Source: Sedimentisphaera cyanobacteriorum (GTDB taxonomy: Bacteria; Planctomycetota; Phycisphaerae; Sedimentisphaerales; Sedimentisphaeraceae). From it: 32,000 bases of DNA. Location of the stretch: assembly GCF_001997385.1 (NCBI RefSeq), contig NZ_CP019633.1, positions 2,400,001 through 2,432,000 of the forward strand, written 5' to 3'. The notes under the pieces were generated by a model. The model saw only the letters and a program-made list of their open reading frames with translations, did no database searches and was not told where the DNA came from. Both the position numbers and the translations under genes were made by a program. This document shows positions 25,619 to 32,000 of the stretch, piece after piece (the stretch's first letter is position 1; every line of letters begins with the position of its first letter).

Positions 25619-26906
25619 GATACTTTTCGATATTCTCGGCTATCGTTTTCCATGTCCACAGACGCTTTTGGTCATCGGATTCCAGAAGCGTTACCCTGAA
25701 GCCCATCATTCCGCAGCAGAATCCGGTAAGCGGTACAACGCACACACCTGCCGCACCTAGCATATAATAAACGAAGCGTTTGTCCGGCGGAACATTCTGC
25801 ACCTTATTCTCAACGAACTTCCGCACTTCGGGGTCTTTAATTTCCAGCTTCTGCGAGCAGTTCAGAGCGCCGTCTTCAAACAGCACAGACATATAAAACG
25901 CCCCCTGAGGACGATTCACTTTAACGCCTTTCACCTTGCTGAAGAATTCGTATGCCTCGTTTGCCCTTTTCTCAAACATCTTCTTGCGTCTTGTTAGGTG
26001 GTCTATGTATCTCGGGTCTCCGATTACCCTCGGAATCGCATACTGAGGCAGGCTCGTTGAGCACACCTCAAGGCGTTTTGCGTTTATGAGGCTGGAGATA
26101 TAACTCTTAAACTCGGGGTACTTATCCTGATTGAACACCTCAATCCAGCCGCAGCGTGAGCCAGGCCAAGGGAACTCTTTGGAGATTCCGCGCAGAGCTA
26201 TACCCGGGATGTTACCGATAACCTCGCTTAGATGCACCGTTTCGGCGCCGTTGTAAACTATATGGGCGTATATCTCATCGCAGACAACAAAGATTTTGTT
26301 CTTCTTTGCGATTGCCACAATTTCCTCAAGCAGCTCTCGGGAATATACAGCCCCTGTGGGGTTGTCCGGATTTATCAGGAGGATGCCTGCGATTGAGTCG
26401 TTGTATTTCACCTTATTCTCAATGTCTTCAAGGTCGGGGATCCAGTTGTTGTCTGGATTGAGCTTGTAGGTAAGGTGTTCATAGCCCGAATGCGCAGCCT
26501 CTGCTGAGGAGTGCGTGGAGTATGCAGGCGAAGGGCCGAGAACCCGTGCTTCTCTCTTGAGGAAGCCGAAAACCTTCGCTACCGCATCGCCAAGCCCGTT
26601 GAAGAATGCTATATCATTTGCAGTAATCTGACAGCCCCCGCGGATATTAACCTGCTCTGCGAGAAAATCACGAGTTTCGATTGCCCCTTGGGTGTCTGTG
26701 TAGCCGTAGGTGTAGTCGCTGCTTACAAGATCCTTGATAATCTCTTTTATCCACCCGGGCACAGACTCGCCCTTCTCAATCGGATCGCCGATATTCTCCC
26801 ATGTAATGTCCACGCCGAGAGCCTGAAGCTGATGGGCTACTGCCACTATCTCCCTGATCTCGTAAGTGAGCTGGCTTGCGCCTTCGTGAACTATATGTCT
26901 TCTCAA
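25608..26906 (-). CDS. Class I/II PLP-dependent aminotransferase (alanine/aspartate aminotransferase-like)
   Basis: 'LINPDNPTGAVY', 'VVCDEIYAHIVY' and 'GISKEFPWPGSRCGW' (the PLP Lys). TTG start preceded by SD 'GAGGGTGA'. Confidence 0.85.
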   Translation of the reverse strand: MRRHIVHEGASQLTYEIREIVAVAHQLQALGVDITWENIGDPIEKGESVPGWIKEIIKDLVSSDYTYGYTDTQGAIETRDFLAEQVNIRGGCQITANDIAFFNGLGDAVAKVFGFLKREARVLGPSPAYSTHSSAEAAHSGYEHLTYKLNPDNNWIPDLEDIENKVKYNDSIAGILLINPDNPTGAVYSRELLEEIVAIAKKNKIFVVCDEIYAHIVYNGAETVHLSEVIGNIPGIALRGISKEFPWPGSRCGWIEVFNQDKYPEFKSYISSLINAKRLEVCSTSLPQYAIPRVIGDPRYIDHLTRRKKMFEKRANEAYEFFSKVKGVKVNRPQGAFYMSVLFEDGALNCSQKLEIKDPEVRKFVENKVQNVPPDKRFVYYMLGAAGVCVVPLTGFCCGMMGFRVTLLESDDQKRLWTWKTIAENIEKYLAS

Positions 26907-27070
26907 TTGATCACCCTCAATAAAAGCTCGAGGACAATGCCCCGATGCCGATTCAGTTTATAACTCTTCAGACTGTTATGATATTTAATTGAATGTTTTA
27001 ATCAACTCAAATGCCAAAATGCCGCCCCAATCCAGAAAACAGAATTTTATCCGAAAATCACCCAGATTAC

Positions 27071-27250
27071 CGCAGAGCAAGCAGATTTGTTAATTTGTTT
27101 TACCGCTAAGGACTCGAAACACACGAAGGGGATATGGTTTTGGCTGAATTGATGGGCTTAGCAGGTAAACGATCTCGCGGATTTATGTCGCAGCGAAATT
27201 AAATTATCCACAGATTGCACTGATGGCACAGATAATTTTGTGACTGTAAG
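27071..27250. repeat. Copy B of the modular intergenic repeat (degenerate x, then Y, then X, then partial Y')
   Basis: See copy A. X at 27188-27216 is identical to 1318-1346. Y at 27082-27186 is collinear with 1341-1446. After X the sequence restarts with 'cagatt...cagataattttgtgac', resembling the Y start 'cagattttgtgtt'. Confidence 0.75.
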
Positions 27251-27421
27251 AGCTTGCTGTAAAACAATTTATAATAATCCTTCGCGTCCTTCATGGTGAA
27301 ACAGGACATACAATACGAGACGGTTTCAAGAGATTTCCCGATGTGCCTGTGAGCGTGGAGGAGATCGAGAAGCTCAAAAACGATGTTAACGTAATGAAAA
27401 CCGCAATTTAAAAGCCAGGGC

Positions 27422-28939
27422 CTACTGTTCAAAACGCAGGTCTATATTCTCGTATCTGCCTTTTAGGTTTGGATGAGATTCAAAGATTGTATATAGCACA
27501 GCGAGTTTTTTCTTCTCGGGCATCTCGAAATACGCCTCGGCATCTCCCGGCGCAGCTCCCCAGAAGATATCCAGTTCTTCCTTTGTTTTGATCACGATTT
27601 GGGGGATTGAGGAATCTGTGATCCCGTAGTTCTCAACGTCTATGCTTTCAACCTGCTTCAGGAATTTGCGTGATCTGGATTTGTCCATCGCCCTGAACAG
27701 CTGGGTTAGCTTAACAGAAGCCTTGATCTGCTCGTGAAAAAGCGGCTCGCCCGGCGAAGGCGCAGATGCAAGCACCACACCCGAAACCTCCGGCACGCTC
27801 AAGCTGTCAATAGGGATATAATCCAGCACCGTCATATCCTCAGAGATATAGTATTTAGCGGATTTGTGCCTTAAAAGCACAGCGGGCTTTCGGTAGTCCG
27901 CATCTATTGTGAGCCGGTTTATCGAGGTCTGAACCCGAACATTTTTCAGCCAGGGAAACTTAGACTTGAGGTTCTTCGCAACGAGCTTTGCGGTTCCCGG
28001 GCTCGCAGTAAGCTTTTCTTCGGCCTCTTTTATCTTCTCGGAAACCGCAACCTCCGGCTTGCTGTCGCTCAGCTCGCTTACCACATAATCCCTCGATTCG
28101 CAGATTGCATCTGCCATATTGCATTTTAGAGCCTTTTTGGCGGTGAGGGTGAGAAGCGAGCCTTTCTGCACAACAACGCTTTTCACTTCATCGCCTTCAA
28201 TCTTTCTGCCCGGCTCAATAAAAAGCTTTTTCCCGTCTCTGCTCACCTCAAGAACGGTTGTATCCTGCTCGGCCATCGCTTTTGCAAGCGCAGCAGGCCT
28301 GCCGGACTGTTCAGCTATGCTCGCCATATAATTCCTCCAAGCAGAGTCGAATTTCTCGCCCACTGCCTCGCCGAAAGCATTTTTCATATCCGAAGCACCG
28401 CCCATGCGGGAACGCACTATAGCTGTGGCAGCTCCTATAACCGTGCCCGGGGCCATATATATCTTGTCGCAGGACATCGAGATTGCCGCTCCCGCTGAAT
28501 ATGCCCCGCCGTGCTGCCCGCCGGCGATGTATGCCGCTGTTTTGCAGTTGCTGGTTTTGATTATCGATGAGCAAAGCCTTTTTGCCAGATCAACTCTGCC
28601 TCCGGGAGTATCTATTTCCACAATAATCGCAGAAGGCCCTTTGTTCGATTCGGCAGCAATCGCCTCTTCAAATGCCTCCGTTTTCATTGCTGAAACTATC
28701 GGATAGGTGATTTCAAGAACTGCGATTTCATTTTTGCGTCCCTTCTGATTATGCTCGATTTTGTATTCCGAAAGGTCTGCCTCGAATCTCTTCCCCTCTT
28801 CGGGGACAATCCAAGTTTTGTCATCCTCATCGGGCTGAGTTGCAAAGCCGTTATAAACTTTCCCTGTTTCGCTGTGGGTGAATGTATCTGCAAACAGCAG
28901 TGAAGCTGTAAGAGCAGTAAAAAGGATGAATCTAAACAT
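27422..28939 (-). CDS. Exported protein with an NfeD/SppA-type ClpP-fold serine protease domain fused to an FtsQ-like (POTRA plus FtsQ C-terminal) domain
   Basis: Signal peptide 'MFRFILFTALTASLLFA'. 'IIVEIDTPGGRVDLAKRL...AAYIAGGQHGGAYSAGAAISMSCDKIYMAPGTVIGAA' is ClpP-class. 'FPWLKNVRVQTSINRLTIDADYRKPAVLL...YYISEDMTVLD...VPEVSGV...YENIDLRFEQ' aligns by eye with E. coli FtsQ '[30 protein letters not shown]...VDAEGN...LPMLYGP...ISYVDLRY'. Confidence 0.6.
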   Translation of the reverse strand: MFRFILFTALTASLLFADTFTHSETGKVYNGFATQPDEDDKTWIVPEEGKRFEADLSEYKIEHNQKGRKNEIAVLEITYPIVSAMKTEAFEEAIAAESNKGPSAIIVEIDTPGGRVDLAKRLCSSIIKTSNCKTAAYIAGGQHGGAYSAGAAISMSCDKIYMAPGTVIGAATAIVRSRMGGASDMKNAFGEAVGEKFDSAWRNYMASIAEQSGRPAALAKAMAEQDTTVLEVSRDGKKLFIEPGRKIEGDEVKSVVVQKGSLLTLTAKKALKCNMADAICESRDYVVSELSDSKPEVAVSEKIKEAEEKLTASPGTAKLVAKNLKSKFPWLKNVRVQTSINRLTIDADYRKPAVLLRHKSAKYYISEDMTVLDYIPIDSLSVPEVSGVVLASAPSPGEPLFHEQIKASVKLTQLFRAMDKSRSRKFLKQVESIDVENYGITDSSIPQIVIKTKEELDIFWGAAPGDAEAYFEMPEKKKLAVLYTIFESHPNLKGRYENIDLRFEQ

Positions 28940-29041
28940 AATAAACCTCGTAAATTTTCTCTGTCGATGATATTATATGATTTGTTGCACCTTAACTCAA
29001 TAAATCTTTTGAGAAAGTGCGCGAGCCAGTTTTGCTGCCTG

Positions 29042-29680
29042 CTAAGCTTCTGCGCCCTGTTTGAGGCGGTACACAGCTGGCACAAGCTCTTCGGCAGTTG
29101 AGATTTCGGGGTGTTTTTTCTGGGCGAGCATAATAAGCTCTGTAACCTCCGCTCTTTTCTCTCCCCAAGCTGTGAGGATTTCAAGTGCCTCAAGCTGAAA
29201 CGCCTTGAAGCCGCCGGCGGATGCCCCGCCTCCATCCTTAGGCATTTGCGAAAGGGCGTAATAATCGAGCTTGCCAGAGAGCTCGGCTATGATGTGCTGG
29301 GCGAGCCTCTTGCCTATCCCGGGCAGAGAAACCACGATCTTTTCATCGCCGTTTTCAATAGCGCAGGCAATCGTTTCAACGGGCATAGAAAGTGATTTGA
29401 GCCCTTTCTTAATCCCCATGCCTTTTACGCTGGTGTATATATTGAAAAACTGCTTTTCCTTCTCGCTCATAAAGCCGATTATTCGGGGTATCATATTCCC
29501 GCCGCCGGGAGTGCCCTCGAAATACTGGCTTGTATAAAGCGTAACCCTGCTGCCTGTCTGGCCGGAGAGAGTGCTGATGCAGTATCCGGGAAGAAGCACC
29601 TGATAGGCGATATCGCCCACTTCAACAAGAGCCGAATCCTCGGATACTTCAAGAAGATTTCCGCTAATTCTCGCTATCAA
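29042..29680 (-). CDS. ruvA: Holliday junction branch-migration complex subunit RuvA
   Basis: '[12 protein letters not shown]', HhH motifs '[13 protein letters not shown]' and '[16 protein letters not shown]', and a C-terminal domain III. The TTG start overlaps the rpoD TGA (TTGA). Confidence 0.9.
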   Translation of the reverse strand: MIARISGNLLEVSEDSALVEVGDIAYQVLLPGYCISTLSGQTGSRVTLYTSQYFEGTPGGGNMIPRIIGFMSEKEKQFFNIYTSVKGMGIKKGLKSLSMPVETIACAIENGDEKIVVSLPGIGKRLAQHIIAELSGKLDYYALSQMPKDGGGASAGGFKAFQLEALEILTAWGEKRAEVTELIMLAQKKHPEISTAEELVPAVYRLKQGAEA

Positions 29681-31563
29681 GCTTCTCCCTCGCCATCTTC
29701 ATCGTTTTCTTCCTCGTTGTCGAGGAAGCCCTGAAGCTTTCTTGAACGCACAGGGTGCTGGAGTTTGCGGATTGCCTTTGCCTCCACCTGCCTAACGCGC
29801 TCTCTTGTAACCTTGAATATCTTGCCCACCTCTTCCAGCGTGTAGGTGTATCCGTCGCCGATGCCGTATCTGAGCTTAACGATTTCCTTCTCTCTGTAGG
29901 TGAGGGTGTTGAGGATTTCATCGATTCGGTCTTTGAGCATCTCCTGCGTTGCAGACTGCACAGGCGAATCTGCGCGTTCGTCTTCAATGAAATCGCCGAA
30001 ATAGCTGTCTTCGCTGTCTCCAATCGGCCTGTCCAGGCTTATTGGGTGTTTGGATATCTTGAGCACCCTTCTGGCTTCGTTTATTCCGATTTTCAGCTCT
30101 TTGGCAATCTCTTCGATGGTGGGCTCGCGGCCCAGCCTCTGAAGCAGGTTCTTGCTTGCGGTTCTCAGCTTGCTCATTGTTTCGATCATATGCACGGGGA
30201 TTCTGATTGTGCGCGAGTGGTCTGCGATGGCTCTGGTTATCGCCTGCCTTATCCACCAAGTGGCATAGGTGCTGAATTTGTATCCCCTGCGGTATTCGTA
30301 TTTATCCACAGCGCGCATCAGGCCGGTGTTCCCTTCCTGTATTATATCCAGGAAGCTCAGGCCTCTGTTGCGGTATTTCTTTGCGATAGACACAACAAGC
30401 CTTAGGTTTCCGCCTGAGAGGTCTCGCTTGGCGTTTTCGTATTCCCTGTAAACCATATCCACAGAGCGGAGCCGCTTTTCGAGCTGCTTGGGAGTTTCCT
30501 TCACAAGCTCTATCATTCCGCGAAGCTCTTCAGTCATTGCCATAATGTCTTCTTCAAAGTAGTCTTTGCCCGGGCCTTCGGAGATGATTCTTTCAAGATT
30601 TTTCATCTTCTTGAGAAGGCTGCCCAGCTTCCTCCTCATCGGGAGTATTTTGCTGGTTCTGAGGCTGAGTTCTTCAAGCAGGGTAGCGATCTTTCTGCGG
30701 TTTCTCTGTATCTGCTTGTGCATAGCGAGTTTTTTGGATTTATCGCCGCTGTCGAGGGCCTCAAGGAACAGCTCGCTGTTTTTCTCGAGCAGCTTTTCCA
30801 CTGTTTCAAGATTTTGGGGGAGTCTCTTTTTCACAACCGATCGAATCAGGTTCTCAGCGGTACTCATCTTCATTGTTCTGTCGAAAGGAAGGTCTCCGCT
30901 TTCCACCTTTCTGAGTATGGAAACAGCCCTCCTTGCGGCATAGTCGCTTTCGAGCACCCTTCTCCTGAATGCCATTCTGGTAAGCTCAATCTTGCGAGCG
31001 AGGCTGATTTCCTGATCTCGTTTGAGAAGGGGTATCTCACCCATCTGGGAGAGATACATACGTACGGGGTCCTCGATTCTCTTGGCGTCCTGTTCAAGAA
31101 GAGCAGCACTGAACGGATCTACCTCTTCCTGCGCTTCAGGCTCCACTTCTTCAACCTCATCCTCTTCGAATCCCTCTGCGCCTATATCTACACCTTCTCC
31201 CTGCGTCCTTTGCACATCTTCCTCATCAAGGATTTGAACGCCCATTTCATCCAGGGTAACTAGCAAACCGTCGAGGCTGTTGGGCGAGATAGACTCATCA
31301 GGGAGCTCCTCATTCATCTCTTCATAGGTAAGATAGCCCTTCTTCCTGCCCTTTTTTATTATCTCACGGATTTTTTCTTCAATCAGCGTTTCATCCGGAA
31401 CGAGCTTAACAGGCACAGTTTCATGTGCACTGTCTTCGCTTTTCTGCTTCTGTTCGGCCTGCTTGAGTATCTCATCTGCAGCTGCACTGAGCTGTTCAGG
31501 GCTTGCATCCTGTTCGATAGGCTCATTTATATTCTTTTTTTTCTGTTTGCTTTTTTTTGCCAT
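29677..31563 (-). CDS. rpoD: Primary RNA polymerase sigma-70 factor
   Basis: Acidic region 1.1, '[16 protein letters not shown]', '[64 protein letters not shown]' and '[27 protein letters not shown]'. Confidence 0.95.
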   Translation of the reverse strand: MAKKSKQKKKNINEPIEQDASPEQLSAAADEILKQAEQKQKSEDSAHETVPVKLVPDETLIEEKIREIIKKGRKKGYLTYEEMNEELPDESISPNSLDGLLVTLDEMGVQILDEEDVQRTQGEGVDIGAEGFEEDEVEEVEPEAQEEVDPFSAALLEQDAKRIEDPVRMYLSQMGEIPLLKRDQEISLARKIELTRMAFRRRVLESDYAARRAVSILRKVESGDLPFDRTMKMSTAENLIRSVVKKRLPQNLETVEKLLEKNSELFLEALDSGDKSKKLAMHKQIQRNRRKIATLLEELSLRTSKILPMRRKLGSLLKKMKNLERIISEGPGKDYFEEDIMAMTEELRGMIELVKETPKQLEKRLRSVDMVYREYENAKRDLSGGNLRLVVSIAKKYRNRGLSFLDIIQEGNTGLMRAVDKYEYRRGYKFSTYATWWIRQAITRAIADHSRTIRIPVHMIETMSKLRTASKNLLQRLGREPTIEEIAKELKIGINEARRVLKISKHPISLDRPIGDSEDSYFGDFIEDERADSPVQSATQEMLKDRIDEILNTLTYREKEIVKLRYGIGDGYTYTLEEVGKIFKVTRERVRQVEAKAIRKLQHPVRSRKLQGFLDNEEENDEDGEGEA

Positions 31564-31572
31564 ATATTTCTC

Positions 31573-32000
31573 TTAAAACAACCCATTGCGAAGGTTCTTA
31601 TACCTGCTGTTTTCCTGTTTACTTCTTATATTTTCCAAATATTTATCTAATGATTCTGAATCCTCTTGTTCGCTGTCTGATTTATCAAAGTAAATCACTT
31701 CAGCAGCATCCTGAATCCTCTTTTCAAAGTTCTGTTTCTCATTTCCCGAATCAATCATTTCATTTACCAGCCTTATCTCTTTCTCATCAAGGCCGTTAAA
31801 AACAAGGGCGGTTTCTATCGAATCGCCTGATTCGGTTAGCGGGAAGATCTTTTCTGCAAGCTTCTTGAGCACCGGAACGGTGAAATCGTTCGGACAGATG
31901 CGATTTCTGATTTTTCCCGCACATCCCGGACTGCAAAGAAGCACCTCAAGGACTTCCCTCTCCGCTACAGATATATAGTCCCCGCCGGTATTAATTACAT
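31573..32000 (-). CDS. dnaG: DNA primase, C-terminal part (5' end beyond the window edge)
   Basis: The frame is open to position 32000. It sits immediately upstream of rpoD with a 9-nt gap, the classic dnaG-rpoD arrangement. 'EREVLEVLLCSPG...' fits a helicase-interaction-region repeat. The assignment rests mainly on synteny. Confidence 0.6.
   Translation of the reverse strand, partial: VINTGGDYISVAEREVLEVLLCSPGCAGKIRNRICPNDFTVPVLKKLAEKIFPLTESGDSIETALVFNGLDEKEIRLVNEMIDSGNEKQNFEKRIQDAAEVIYFDKSDSEQEDSESLDKYLENIRSKQENSRYKNLRNGLF

Noticed and set aside
27199-27432. The 77-aa minus-strand ORF, and an opposite-strand open frame (27250-27411, '...VSVEEIEKLKNDVNVMKTAI') in the spacer downstream of the NfeD/FtsQ-like gene
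   Set aside because: The minus ORF overlaps the repeat element and the upstream gene end, has no SD, and has odd Cys/His/aromatic-rich composition. The plus frame has no plausible start codon. It may be a gene remnant, but that cannot be supported.

Overview
This looks like a chromosomal segment from a PVC-superphylum-like bacterium (Phycisphaerae, Kiritimatiellia or Lentisphaerae style). The pointers are a PEP-CTERM protein, a prepilin-type DUF1559-like protein, a Cys-type sulfatase, a GH43 and a GLUG/dockerin-like protein. The taxonomy is inference only. About 25 genes are supported. Housekeeping genes are nadE, murC, an MsbA-like ABC exporter, truA, an aminotransferase, ruvA, rpoD and the 3' end of dnaG. 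Polysaccharide-degradation genes (GH43, sulfatase, esterase) are interspersed with them. Accessory content is as follows. (1) A complete IS1182-family element with 12-bp inverted repeats and a 4-bp target duplication sits in a divergent promoter. (2) A visibly AT-rich type II R-M cassette pairs an EcoRV-like nuclease with a beta-class MTase. (3) A cluster at 6.7-12.9 kb has no glycosyltransferase. It holds three cytoplasmic alkaline-phosphatase-superfamily paralogues, each ending in an acidic-LGY[MI] tail, around a Wzx-type flippase and a SAM methyltransferase. This is my best candidate for an undescribed system. Other notable items: an in-frame TGA exactly at the conserved Cys of the pilin-like protein (selenocysteine or pseudogene); a single ORF joining an NfeD/ClpP-like protease domain to an FtsQ-like domain; and a ~129-nt modular intergenic repeat present at two loci and carrying a perfect DnaA-box 9-mer. 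No rRNA, tRNA or CRISPR array was found. All homology calls are by-eye motif recognition and no searches were run.
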